Positions 45,166-55,272 of a stretch of 64,000 nucleotides of DNA are shown here, one piece after another. A model generated the notes under the pieces. The model saw nothing but the letters and a program-made list of their open reading frames with translations, was not told where the DNA came from and made no database searches. Position numbers and translations under genes: made by a program. Each line of letters starts with the position of its first letter. Positions within the stretch are counted from its first letter, which is position 1. Origin of the DNA: Candidatus Bathyarchaeota archaeon (lineage in GTDB: Archaea > Thermoproteota > Bathyarchaeia > 40CM-2-53-6 > RBG-13-38-9); contig CAWECG010000001.1 in the NCBI GenBank assembly GCA_963807605.1, positions 32,001 to 96,000 of the forward strand, read 5' to 3'.

Positions 45166-48063
45166 CTATTCTATGTATATCCCAGGTCGATGAGGCTTTG
45201 AAATGCTGGCTCTGTCCTTCGGGTCGTACCGTTGGTCATCATCTTCCTTGTAAATCTCCACGTCTGCCTTGAGTTCTTTAGATAGGAACTGTGTTGAACT
45301 CTCTAATGCGTTGAGTTCATCGACAATTCCTGCCTCAAGCAGCCTTTTCTTAGATTCGGGGGCCATCTTTGCAATCTCCTTTGAGACTCCTTCGACATAT
45401 TTTGCAATGTCCTTCATGTGAGTTTTGAGATTCGGATCTGATGCAAACTCCTTCATGATCACCTTGATCTCTGTGGAACCAGTCCTTTCCTGTTCAAGAA
45501 GCTTCAGGAGGCCTCTCCATTTCCACTCTGAGGCGACATAGAGTATAACCCGCGTGGGAGTTTTCGCCGTTACCCGAACAATACTACTGATATCTTCAAG
45601 TGTCTTCCGAACTGTCTCCTCGATGATCTCTGCCTTTATGGCTTTCTTGAATTTCTCATGCTTTGGCCATTCTGCCGTTGATACAAAACCGTTCTTCCCA
45701 AGACGTTCCCATAATTCTTCGGCTAGGTGCGGCGCGAACGGTGCCATAAGTCTAATCCAAGCATCGAATACTGCGAATGCGGCATCTCGATTGATATTCT
45801 GCTTTCTTCTCAAATACCACCTGAAATCGTTCGAGATCTCATAAATTACGTTCTCTGCTGCTGCCCGAGTTCTGATCTCTCTAAGATTCTCCGTAATCAT
45901 TCGGATCCTTTCATGCATTCTGCTGGTGAGCCAATCTTCAAGATGACCAGTTCCCTCATCTCCCTCAAGATCAAGCATGTCATCAGCTAGATTCATGAAC
46001 GATTCCAGCTTGTTCCTGACATCTCTAAGGTTCTCTATTCTCCAGTCAGGGTCGTCCATGTCATCTGCGCCTAGGAGCAGAGCGCACCTTGTCACGTCTG
46101 CTCCGTAGTCCTTAATAGCCTTCCGCAGTGTGACTATGTTACCTTTAGATTTCGACATCTTCTGACCCTCTATCATCAACATGCCATTTACTCCTATCCC
46201 CTTTGGCCAGTGTTCCTGCCTGAAGAGGGCTGCATGCTGGAAGAGAAAGAAGGTCAAGTGGTTTGGAAGAAGTTCTTTGGCTGAGACTCTCAGGTCCACC
46301 GGATACCAATAGAGGAACTCTTCACGCATGGCGCTCAGAGTTTCGCGGTTGATTCCGGCTTTCAGGGAGACGGTTTTCTCGTCTCCGATTCCTTGGAATA
46401 TGTAATCGAAGACCTCGTTTGTTAATTGCTGGGGAGAGAGACCGTGTCTGCGTATCTCGTTGTTTATTGTATAGAAAGCCATGTACACTGTCGAGTCGCT
46501 CAGTGTCTCGACAATCCAATCCTTGCTCCACGGAAGAGGAGTGCCCAGACCTGTCTTCCTAGCACAAGGCCACTCACGATACCAATCAATCACGTCGAGA
46601 AACCATTGCCTAGCTGATTCAGGATAGACGCGGGCTCCGGAAAGGAGAAACTTGGTTTTCTGCTTCCACGCATCATCTGAGTATCTTAGGAACCATTGTC
46701 CTTTGATCTTCTTGACTCTGCAGAGGGTTGTGCAACGACATACGACGCGTTGAGGCAGATCAAACATTGAATCGATTATCTTGGATTGTTCAAAGTCCTT
46801 AACTATGGTATCTTTGACTTCCCGAACCTTCATTCCAGAGTACTGGCCGCAGTTCTCTTTGAGCACTCCCGTGTGAAATTCTTTCTTGTATACGATCTTC
46901 GTTGCTTCTTCACATTTTGGGTCGTTCTGATCTACCACCCCCAGTCGATCTGAGATCTCTATCGCGGGGAACTCACCGTGGCCTTCCACAGAGATCATAC
47001 CGATCGGCCTAATGTTCTCAATTTGGGATCTTGAGATTCCATACTTTTCGGCCAACTCGGGGTTTGCTCTGAGATCTCTGAGGGCTATCCAGTCAAATGG
47101 GGCGTGCGCAGGGACACTGTATACAATACCGCTACCGTTAGCTGGGTCCACAAACCACCCTGGAAGGATGAGTAGGGGTCGACCAGCTATAGGGTCTTTG
47201 CATTCTCTGCCAATCAGCTCGCTTCCTTTTAGCTTCCTGATAATCTCAACATTCCTTAGCTGCTCTCTCAGCTTCTCTGTAGCTTGCCAGCTGACAATCC
47301 AATCTTCCCCATCGATTCGGGCTTGAACATAGTCCGCGTCAGGATTTATCCATAGATTTGTGACTCCGAAGATTGTCTCGGGTCTGAAGGTGGCTGCCAC
47401 GAGAAAGGCATCATTCAGGCGGAACTTCATCAGTACGTATTCTTCGGGCGAAACGCCCTCTCCCTCAAGCCTATCATGATCGCCCGTGGGACTTTCGCAG
47501 TGAGGACACCAAACAACTGGGTGCGTACCCATGATGACATAGTTTCCCTCGCGAAGTTTGTGGTACTGCCACTCCACAAACCTGTTGAAGGTCGGCTCGA
47601 GAGAGGTTGTGTGAAACTCTCTCCTCCAGTCTATCGAGAAACCGATGCTCTTAACAGTCTCTCTGTTCTGGTTGGTGTAGTACTGGGCTACGTAGGCGGG
47701 GTCACCGAATTTCTTAAGCTCCTCTTCTGGCACACCGTCTATTTCTCTGAACTCTTTGACGATTGCTGGGTCGCCCTTCTGTAATCTCTCAGAAGCCCCT
47801 GCTATGGTCTCTCCGGTCCAATGCCAAGCCCATGGGAATAGGACATTGTATTGTTGCATTCGCATGAATCTGGCGTATGCATCTACCTTTGCAGCAGTGA
47901 ACCCATGGCCCACATGGAGAGGGCCGTTCATGTATGCGAAGGGGAATGTGACAAATACTTTTCGGGTATTTGGATTGCGGTTTGCTTCGAAGAGCTTGGC
48001 TTCGCTCCACTTCTTCTGCCATTTCTTCTCGATCTTATCCCAGCCTACTCTCTGGTGGCTCAT
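45166..48063 (-). CDS. leuS: Leucine-tRNA ligase (archaeal type)
   Basis: YMNGPLHVGH, ATFRPET, VPAHAP, KMSKS. Confidence 0.96.
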   Translation of the reverse strand: MSHQRVGWDKIEKKWQKKWSEAKLFEANRNPNTRKVFVTFPFAYMNGPLHVGHGFTAAKVDAYARFMRMQQYNVLFPWAWHWTGETIAGASERLQKGDPAIVKEFREIDGVPEEELKKFGDPAYVAQYYTNQNRETVKSIGFSIDWRREFHTTSLEPTFNRFVEWQYHKLREGNYVIMGTHPVVWCPHCESPTGDHDRLEGEGVSPEEYVLMKFRLNDAFLVAATFRPETIFGVTNLWINPDADYVQARIDGEDWIVSWQATEKLREQLRNVEIIRKLKGSELIGRECKDPIAGRPLLILPGWFVDPANGSGIVYSVPAHAPFDWIALRDLRANPELAEKYGISRSQIENIRPIGMISVEGHGEFPAIEISDRLGVVDQNDPKCEEATKIVYKKEFHTGVLKENCGQYSGMKVREVKDTIVKDFEQSKIIDSMFDLPQRVVCRCTTLCRVKKIKGQWFLRYSDDAWKQKTKFLLSGARVYPESARQWFLDVIDWYREWPCARKTGLGTPLPWSKDWIVETLSDSTVYMAFYTINNEIRRHGLSPQQLTNEVFDYIFQGIGDEKTVSLKAGINRETLSAMREEFLYWYPVDLRVSAKELLPNHLTFFLFQHAALFRQEHWPKGIGVNGMLMIEGQKMSKSKGNIVTLRKAIKDYGADVTRCALLLGADDMDDPDWRIENLRDVRNKLESFMNLADDMLDLEGDEGTGHLEDWLTSRMHERIRMITENLREIRTRAAAENVIYEISNDFRWYLRRKQNINRDAAFAVFDAWIRLMAPFAPHLAEELWERLGKNGFVSTAEWPKHEKFKKAIKAEIIEETVRKTLEDISSIVRVTAKTPTRVILYVASEWKWRGLLKLLEQERTGSTEIKVIMKEFASDPNLKTHMKDIAKYVEGVSKEIAKMAPESKKRLLEAGIVDELNALESSTQFLSKELKADVEIYKEDDDQRYDPKDRASISKPHRPGIYIE

Positions 48064-50822
48064 CTCTTGCTCAACTGTTTGGAGACTATTTTCGGTGCGA
48101 GGCGAATCATCTTCTGGAGTTTGTCTTTTTCCATTCCGCCGCCCTGTCCGAAGTAGTTCTTTCCACCGCCTCCTCCTCCGATGATCGCTGTCAGTTCCCT
48201 AGCCAGTTCTCCGGCGTCTATTCCGGCTTTTATCGCATCTTTTCCTGCAAAAACGAAGAGTCTGATAGTCTTCTTTACAAGAAATATGATCGCTACCGCC
48301 TTGGGTTCGGCGTTGGTCGTCTTGCTTCCGAGCACTATGATTTCTTCCTCGTCAGCTTCTTCCTCTTGGCTTACGATCAGCTTGGTTCTGCCGATCTTTC
48401 TGGACTTGGCCAGAAGAGTTTCTGCTTCTCTTGTTGCAAGTTCTTCTCGCAGACGTGAAATCTTCTTAGTTAAAGCGTCCATATCTTTTACGACAATCGC
48501 AGCAGCACTTGAGAGATTTTCAATCGGTGTATTCAGCGTCTTGGCTGTCTCGGAAAGTTCTAGCTCTCTCTCTTGGATCTTCTTGAGAGCTTGCGGGCCC
48601 GAGGCGAAGATGATCCTTTCAACTCCGTCCTGAATTCTCTCCGTGCGTAGGATCTTGATTATTCCGATTTCACCGGTAGAGCGTACATGTGTTCCTGCGC
48701 ATGCCTCGACGTCCCAGTCGCCTATCTTGACAATGCGTATCACTGTTCCTGGGACGGCTCCACCTTGGTAGAGTCGGTATCCGTATTTTCTTTCCGCCTC
48801 ACCTCGGGATATCCACGCTGTCTCAACGGGAATGTTTCTCGTGATCACCTGACATGCCAGATCCTCGATCTTTCTTACCTCTTCTGTGGTGAGATGTTTG
48901 AAATGTGAGATGTCCAGACGACTTGTCTCGACATCCTTAGCTGCCCCTGCCTGCCAAGCGTGTTCACCGAGAACTCGTCGCAATGCTCCGATCAGTATGT
49001 GGGTGGAGGTGTGATGCCTCATAAGGCTTAGGCGTCTCTCCCAGTCTATAATACCCTTAATCTCTGAACCTACCGCAGGTGTGTTTCCTTCGATGATATG
49101 CTCCACGACATCTCCTAGAGACTGAACATTGACTATCTTTGAAGTTTCTCCGTCGAACTTGATGAGTCCTATGTCGGCGAGTTGCCCCCCGCCTTCAGAG
49201 TAGAAGCATGTTTGGTCCAGGATGAGGTGCCTTCCATCAATGACATCGAGAACTCTTGCGGTGAACTTCGTAAGATATGGATCTTCGTAGTAGAGCTTTC
49301 TCGTCTTTGGGAATGTCGAGGCCTTCTCCTTGAGTATCGTCATCTCAGATGGTTCTTCGGCTTGTTTGGATTGTAGGTGTCTTTGCGCAACTTTGCCAAA
49401 GAAATCTTCTGGAGCTGAAACAGCTATCGATTCCGTCTGTAGGAATTCGCGCACCATCTCGGGAACGAGACCGTGAGAATCGTAAAGTTCGATTAATGTC
49501 TTCTCAGGGATTTCTTTGAGTCCGGACTTCTTGATATCTTGTGATATTCTCTTGACAAGCTCAACACCTTTGACCAGAGTTCTATTGTACTTCTCCTGTT
49601 CCACTTTCAGTTCCTCAATGATCTCGTCCTTCATGATCCCTAAGTTTGGAAAGTTGTCAGACCAATAAGCTATCTGTCTCTCAACTATGTTGAGGAAGAG
49701 TTCCCCGATGCCGAGTGCTCTCAGAATTCTGTAGGCTCGACGCACAAGAAGCCTGGCGAGATAGCCTTCCTGCATGTTCGAGGGCACCACGCCTTCAGAG
49801 AGCAGGAAGCAGAGTGTCTTTGTATGGTCTAGGACTGTGCAGATATTTTGGAAATTTGAGATTGTTCTCTCGAGTTCTTCGGCAGAGAAACCTAAGCTCT
49901 CAGTGCTTCTCACTTTAGTGGCAATTGCGCTGGGGGCTGTTTGGCCGGTCATCGTTGAGGAGATTCTAGCACTTGCTGCGATGATTCTTTCGTCAATCTT
50001 CAGTCCGGCTAGGTCGGCTACGGTGTCCAGTAAGGTGCCGTAGGTCGCGTGGAACCCTGTCGGTGAGCCCTGTGATAGCCAAGTCCACCTCTCAATACCG
50101 TATCCTGTATCTACCGTTTTTATCGGCATCTCGACCAGTTGTTCACCAACATATCTGTACATCATGAATACGAGGGTGGAGATCTCCAAGCCTGAAACGC
50201 ATGCTTCGACACAAGGGCCGGCGTTGCCGCCGCCTGACCAGAAATCTTCCTTGTAACAAACTTCCTCTGAATCTACGCCTAGCCCTTGCGTAAGCAGCTC
50301 ATGATGAAACCTAACGGTCTCATCTTTCCAGTAGATCTTTTTCTCGGAGGAGTTGAAGGCGTGTGCCCCTCCCATCTCAAAGATTGTCATATGCCTTCCG
50401 AATGTCTGGCCTACTTTGTCAATGTCGGTGAATCTGATGCAAGGTTGGCTTATCACCAGTGGGTTTGCGGGCGGTGGTATCCTACCTTCCGTTACGTACG
50501 GCTGGAAGTTGTAGATGGAGGCACCAACAAGGTAGACATCGTCCCTCCATCGGGCTATCACAGGGTAGGGGCTGATTATTGTGTGGTTATTCTTTTCAAA
50601 AAATTTCAAGAAAAGCTCTCTAAACTGCGGGAGAGAATAACTTCGTTTAGACGGTGAATCTCCGATGAAGGCGTATTCTTGGCATGGAGCGTCTCCGCAA
50701 TTCTTGCTTTCAGCATTCTGTGTCCAATAGTGGACACCGCAGACTTGGCATTTTCTCCTATTGAAACCGTTCTCCTTGAAGAAGGAGAGTTCAAATTCAC
50801 CATCAAGGCTGACCAAACTCAA
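48060..50822 (-). CDS. alaS: Alanine-tRNA ligase
   Basis: ASIYNFQP, FEMGGAHAF, DTGYGIER, HTSTH, CAGTH, GGGGGG. Confidence 0.96.
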   Translation of the reverse strand: MSLVSLDGEFELSFFKENGFNRRKCQVCGVHYWTQNAESKNCGDAPCQEYAFIGDSPSKRSYSLPQFRELFLKFFEKNNHTIISPYPVIARWRDDVYLVGASIYNFQPYVTEGRIPPPANPLVISQPCIRFTDIDKVGQTFGRHMTIFEMGGAHAFNSSEKKIYWKDETVRFHHELLTQGLGVDSEEVCYKEDFWSGGGNAGPCVEACVSGLEISTLVFMMYRYVGEQLVEMPIKTVDTGYGIERWTWLSQGSPTGFHATYGTLLDTVADLAGLKIDERIIAASARISSTMTGQTAPSAIATKVRSTESLGFSAEELERTISNFQNICTVLDHTKTLCFLLSEGVVPSNMQEGYLARLLVRRAYRILRALGIGELFLNIVERQIAYWSDNFPNLGIMKDEIIEELKVEQEKYNRTLVKGVELVKRISQDIKKSGLKEIPEKTLIELYDSHGLVPEMVREFLQTESIAVSAPEDFFGKVAQRHLQSKQAEEPSEMTILKEKASTFPKTRKLYYEDPYLTKFTARVLDVIDGRHLILDQTCFYSEGGGQLADIGLIKFDGETSKIVNVQSLGDVVEHIIEGNTPAVGSEIKGIIDWERRLSLMRHHTSTHILIGALRRVLGEHAWQAGAAKDVETSRLDISHFKHLTTEEVRKIEDLACQVITRNIPVETAWISRGEAERKYGYRLYQGGAVPGTVIRIVKIGDWDVEACAGTHVRSTGEIGIIKILRTERIQDGVERIIFASGPQALKKIQERELELSETAKTLNTPIENLSSAAAIVVKDMDALTKKISRLREELATREAETLLAKSRKIGRTKLIVSQEEEADEEEIIVLGSKTTNAEPKAVAIIFLVKKTIRLFVFAGKDAIKAGIDAGELARELTAIIGGGGGGKNYFGQGGGMEKDKLQKMIRLAPKIVSKQLSKR

Positions 50823-50881
50823 CAGCCACCGACGTGCAGGGAAGAGTGAAGAAGGATATGTGTAGGATCTTTGGGTTTGAC

Positions 50882-51202
50882 TCAGCCGAAGAGAGCACCG
50901 AGACCGGCGAGAGCTTCCTCTTCTTTCTTCTCCTCAGTCTTCTTTGCCTCTGCAGCGGGTGCAGTGGGTGCAGCGGCTGAGGGTGGCGCTGCTGGGGCAT
51001 AAGTAGCAGTTGACGCCTGTTTTAGAACCTCATCAATCTTTACCTCTGAGAGTGCAGCTGTGAGTGCCTTCACTCTTGTTTCGTCAACGTTTATTCCCGC
51101 GGCTGTAAGGATCTTCTTCAAATTAGCCTCGTCGATAGGTTTTGAGGCTGAGTGCAGCAACAGCGCCGCATACATGTACATCAAATTCCTTTCCTCTGTC
51201 AA
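50882..51202 (-). CDS. rpl12: 50S ribosomal protein L12 (P1/P2)
   Basis: YAALLLH...[13 protein letters not shown]. Confidence 0.95.
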   Translation of the reverse strand: MTEERNLMYMYAALLLHSASKPIDEANLKKILTAAGINVDETRVKALTAALSEVKIDEVLKQASTATYAPAAPPSAAAPTAPAAEAKKTEEKKEEEALAGLGALFG

Positions 51203-51267
51203 TTGTTACGGAATTCTTACACGTGCTATGAAACTTCACACTTAAGGGTTTCCTTTTGCAATTGATC

Positions 51268-52158
51268 TCAGCTTGCGCCTAAATTCGGTGCAGCTTCTTT
51301 ACTTATTGCGGCTACTCTATTTGTCAGAGTGGCCATCTCGGTGTAGGCAGTTCTAAAGATCTCTTTGACAGTATCTGGAGTCACGTATTCGGACTTGACC
51401 GCTAGGGAATGGGCTTGCCGCCAAGCTTTTCCGATGATCATTAGGGCGGTTTCAGGCGTTAGGTAGCCAGCCTCACTGGCTAGAATTAAGGCTTGCATAT
51501 AGGTACTTGCAATGTTCTTCTTGAAATCTTCAAGATCAAATGCCAATGCATCTCGGTTAAGGATTGACCCTTTATCGTAAGCAGCTACGATCGATAGTCC
51601 CGCCTCCATAGGCTTCATTCCGAGACGAGTTAGAACTGATGCGAGCTTTGTTGGGATCGTGTCGCCTTTTCTGGCTACCAGAGTGTCTTTTGCGACCCAT
51701 ATGCTTCCCGACTCAATCTTTGTGGGAATTTTGACTTCGCCAAACTCGCTGATTATGGGTCCGGGAGGAAGACCAGTGTTACCCGAAGGAATGGTGATGC
51801 TGCTCGTCGCGATGTCTCCTCCTTTTGCGGGAACCTTGACTTTGTTCTTATTCAAAAAGAGTATCAACTGAAAGGGATTCATATCAGTAAAGAGCAGAAC
51901 CAAAGGTCCTCTGATCGATTCTGCGAACTTGCTGATGTTTTTTCTTTCGGGCTCGAGCTCTTGACTTGCCTTTCTGAAGATCGTATTTTTTGTCACAAGC
52001 ATCGTTGCCTTGTCCCTCAGCGTCTTTCGAATCTCTTGAATTTGCATTGACCTAACACCCCTTAGGTCAGCTGCGGCTACGACGTCATGCATCTTCATGA
52101 CCCCCTTCATTTTTTCAAGAGCTTCTTTCTTCCATGGCTGGACTTTCCTTGCAGGCAA
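51268..52158 (-). CDS. rpl10: 50S ribosomal protein L10 (P0)
   Basis: QIQEIRK, KNT, NTGLPPGP. Confidence 0.95.
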   Translation of the reverse strand: MPARKVQPWKKEALEKMKGVMKMHDVVAAADLRGVRSMQIQEIRKTLRDKATMLVTKNTIFRKASQELEPERKNISKFAESIRGPLVLLFTDMNPFQLILFLNKNKVKVPAKGGDIATSSITIPSGNTGLPPGPIISEFGEVKIPTKIESGSIWVAKDTLVARKGDTIPTKLASVLTRLGMKPMEAGLSIVAAYDKGSILNRDALAFDLEDFKKNIASTYMQALILASEAGYLTPETALMIIGKAWRQAHSLAVKSEYVTPDTVKEIFRTAYTEMATLTNRVAAISKEAAPNLGAS

Positions 52159-52171
52159 TCATGTTACACCT

Positions 52172-52828
52172 CTAAAATGAAAGGCTCACAGGCTCTCCCA
52201 TAGAAGTCTTGAGGAGTATGGCTGAGACATTGCGTAGTCCCCGCTCAAGCTTACCCTCTAGGGTCGAGAAGACCGCTTGAATATTCTCTGAGAGGTCTTC
52301 GTTGGACATTTCGTCGCTGCCGACTCTGCATTGGATGACGGGTTGATCCCTAACCCGAATCTTTACCGTTCTCTTGCCCTGGTCTATGATCTCGGCTATT
52401 GGCGCATTCGGACTGATTGGGCTAGGCATTTTTCCTCTTGGACCTAAGACTGGACCGATCGTTTTACCGACTAAAGGCATGAGGCTAGCCTCGGCGATGA
52501 AGAAGTCGCAATCGTTCTGCAGCTTTCTGGAAGCCTTCTTATCTTTTGCCATTTCATCAAGTTGATCTCTCCCGATAACAAGGTCTGCATTAGCCTCCTT
52601 CGACCTTAACGCGAGATCGCCGGTGGCGATTACACAGACTCTGACTGTCTTGCCTATTGGGTGTGGAAGTATGACTGCTTGGTTAATCCTGTTCTCGGGT
52701 TTCTTTAAGTCGAGATCCTTGAGTTTGATTATGAGTTCTAGCGATTGCTTGAACTTGCGTTTCTCCTGTTTCTTTATGTCCTCAAGGGTTTTCTGAATAT
52801 TCTCTTTTGTCAACGGCAAGCGTCTCAC
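52172..52828 (-). CDS. rpl1: 50S ribosomal protein L1
   Basis: RKFKQSLEL, LGPRGKMP, KTSMG. Confidence 0.95.
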   Translation of the reverse strand: MRRLPLTKENIQKTLEDIKKQEKRKFKQSLELIIKLKDLDLKKPENRINQAVILPHPIGKTVRVCVIATGDLALRSKEANADLVIGRDQLDEMAKDKKASRKLQNDCDFFIAEASLMPLVGKTIGPVLGPRGKMPSPISPNAPIAEIIDQGKRTVKIRVRDQPVIQCRVGSDEMSNEDLSENIQAVFSTLEGKLERGLRNVSAILLKTSMGEPVSLSF

Positions 52829-53009
52829 CCATGGTTACTGTGGTGATCTTGAAAGTGTCTATTACCCTCCAACTAATGGCGTTAATTAGTATTTCGTACT
52901 CTACAAAGTGATGTCTTCTGGTTTGGTCTCACATTCCGGTCTGTACTCTTTAGGGGGGAATCTAAGCGAATAAATCCAGAGTGCCTTTACAGGTTCATCT
53001 GGTTGAGGT

Positions 53010-53501
53010 TTACTTTAGTAACGTGTTGTGTTTTCCTTGATCCACTTCTCTCTGTACTTCTCGCGGATCCTTGTTGTCAACGGTCACTCCAATACTTACG
53101 AAGGTCCCCAGCACTTCCTTCAATGCTGCTTTGGAATCTTTGGAGTACGTGTCCTTCATCTTCATCTGTGCGATCTTCAGCGTTTGCTCAATTGAAAGGT
53201 TCCCGATCTTCTCTAGCTTTGGATTTCCTGAGCCTTTCTCTGCGCCAAGTTCCTTTATTATCAGGGCCGAGGTTGTCGGAGTCCCTATCTCTACGTCAAA
53301 CTCCTTTGTCGAAACATCCACCGAAATCTTGACAGGGACTTTCATTCCAGCGTAGTCTTTCGTCAATTCGTTTATGCGGTTCACTATCTGCAGTACGTTG
53401 ACTCCTAGAGGGCCCAGTGCTGGACCCAGAGGAGGACCTGCGGTAGCTTCTCCGCCGTTGATCAGAGCTTCAATCTGTTTCTTTTCTGCCAACTCCTTCA
53501 C
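53010..53501 (-). CDS. rpl11: 50S ribosomal protein L11
   Basis: GGEATAGPPLGPALGP. Confidence 0.96.
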   Translation of the reverse strand: MKELAEKKQIEALINGGEATAGPPLGPALGPLGVNVLQIVNRINELTKDYAGMKVPVKISVDVSTKEFDVEIGTPTTSALIIKELGAEKGSGNPKLEKIGNLSIEQTLKIAQMKMKDTYSKDSKAALKEVLGTFVSIGVTVDNKDPREVQREVDQGKHNTLLK

Positions 53502-53961
53502 CTCTGCCGGCGCCTATTCGTCTAACATAGTCTGCATGCACAGTTATTGGCAGAGTTGCAAAACCCTCTTCAAGCAACTCTATCGTGACTTCTTCCTTCA
53601 CCTTGTCCATGTGCGTGATCTTAGCCCTAAGTCCTCTGAATGGTCCAGCAATCACCTCGACCAGGTCAGAATTGCTGAGATCCTCTATAGTTGGCTTCGT
53701 AACGATAAAGCGTTCGATTGTTGAGAGTGGAACCGAACCTTTGGTTTTGGCTCGTGCATGTTTTATGCCCGACATGGCTTCGTCGACTACGTGAGGGCCG
53801 GAAGCCTCTACAAAGACGTAGCCTTTGATAGCTTCGGATACTAGGACAGAGAAGACGGGCAACTTCTTCATCAATGATCTTGATGTAAGAACTTCGGCAA
53901 CGGTTCTTTCTTGTCCGCCTGTTGTTCGAATTGCAAAGATCATATTGCTTCCTTCAATCAA
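53470..53961 (-). CDS. spt5: Transcription elongation factor Spt5/NusG
   Basis: IRTTGGQE, KGYVFVEA, KOW motif VEVIAGPFRG. Confidence 0.95.
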   Translation of the reverse strand: MIEGSNMIFAIRTTGGQERTVAEVLTSRSLMKKLPVFSVLVSEAIKGYVFVEASGPHVVDEAMSGIKHARAKTKGSVPLSTIERFIVTKPTIEDLSNSDLVEVIAGPFRGLRAKITHMDKVKEEVTIELLEEGFATLPITVHADYVRRIGAGRGEGVGRKETD

Positions 53962-53971
53962 CGATTATCGC

Positions 53972-54151
53972 TTAGGTGGCGGATCCTGTGCCCAAGAAAA
54001 GAAAGAGAATCTTAACCATGAATCCTATCCCCCCGATCAAGGCTATCCCCAGCAGAGAGATTCGCAACAAAAGCCACACTTCCTCTCGAGTAGGTTTGGA
54101 GGAGGCGTGGACCAGTCGTCTCGTTGATTTGATGAACTGTCCTATGCTCAA
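53972..54151 (-). CDS. secE: Protein translocase SecE/Sec61-gamma (59 aa, not in ORF track)
   Basis: MSIGQFIKSTRRLVHASSKPTREEVWLLLRISLLGIALIGGIGF...; KP-x-x-EE plus a TM helix, upstream of spt5. Confidence 0.92.
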   Translation of the reverse strand: MSIGQFIKSTRRLVHASSKPTREEVWLLLRISLLGIALIGGIGFMVKILFLFLGTGSAT

Positions 54152-54426
54152 CCCTATAGCCTCAACACCTTAGACTTAGATCTATCATGTGCCTTATCTT
54201 TAACGATTCAACGTAGACAGATGAACTGACGCAAATTAAGTTTACCTTTTTGGTATCTGTTTCTTTCGGAGAGCTTCATATAGTGCAGGACTGGTAATTC
54301 TCGTGTGAAGTCTACGACGTCTCTGATGAGACTCGACTTTTCTCGCTGGTACTGGATCGCTGACTTTGACGATTAACGCGTGCTCTTCCATCTAATGCGA
54401 ATAGTCTGTGGTTTGAACGCACGCTT

Positions 54427-55239
54427 TCAGACTCTCACGAGACTAATGTTCATCTTTTCAAGCGTTGAGACTAGCTTCTTCCTAGCCTGGGATTTGAGAC
54501 CCTTCCAGTCGATCACAGCCGTATCACAACCGCCAAGCGTTCTTCTGAAAGCTTGATCGACAACATACGAATCATACTCTTGAAAGAAGTAGTCTGGGAG
54601 TATGTGGCCAATGGCAAAGTCTCCCTCGGCAACGGTGGCTGTATGTTTTGGTGAGTAGTGACCGCCACCGAAGCCTACTGCTGACTTGCCTAGTCCGCGT
54701 TCGCTGGCGGCCTTTAACGCGGCTTCGGCCGCAACCTCGGCTGCTTTTACACTTATCCACTGCTGGTTGGTACTGCCGATCTCTACGAATAGGACGGGCG
54801 TATGAAGTTCAGTCGGTCCATGATGTGTCGCCTCTAATGAGACGGAGTATTCTCGAAGTCCCAGTTGGTTGGTCGATTCCAAGAGTGCATTGAGGGCGGA
54901 CTGCAGTCTCTGAGGGTCGGCCCAAGCCAGGGCTCTCGGAAAGCCTCCAAACCGGTTGCTGCGTCCCGTGTTACCCGGCACGTGAGCTGTCAAAGTGGGC
55001 CTGCCGCTCCCGCTACTGTGACGTGAGATGCAGACTATGGCTTCAGCATGGTAACTCAAATCGGCATCGCGCATGTCAAGAACATCTCCGTCTACCTGCA
55101 AGAGCAGGAGATCCCCTTTTTCAAAGACGGTTTTCTTTCCATTCTCTGTCCGGTATTTGAATCCGAAATTGGCAACTAGTCTTTCGGCGATGTTCGTTGC
55201 TGCTGGGTCAGACTTCGATCCCACTATTAAGACAGGCAA
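54427..55239 (-). CDS. dtdA: D-aminoacyl-tRNA deacylase (archaeal DTD2)
   Basis: SRH, LTAHVPGN, EATHHGPT, FVEIGS, GGGHY. Confidence 0.93.
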   Translation of the reverse strand: MPVLIVGSKSDPAATNIAERLVANFGFKYRTENGKKTVFEKGDLLLLQVDGDVLDMRDADLSYHAEAIVCISRHSSGSGRPTLTAHVPGNTGRSNRFGGFPRALAWADPQRLQSALNALLESTNQLGLREYSVSLEATHHGPTELHTPVLFVEIGSTNQQWISVKAAEVAAEAALKAASERGLGKSAVGFGGGHYSPKHTATVAEGDFAIGHILPDYFFQEYDSYVVDQAFRRTLGGCDTAVIDWKGLKSQARKKLVSTLEKMNISLVRV

Positions 55240-55272
55240 GTCCTCGCCTCGTAGTTCAGGTTCGTTCTCGAA

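Noticed and set aside
54322-54365. CTGATGAG as a hammerhead core or C/D sRNA
   Set aside because: No stem II plus GAAA, and no convincing box C/D'/C'/D spacing.
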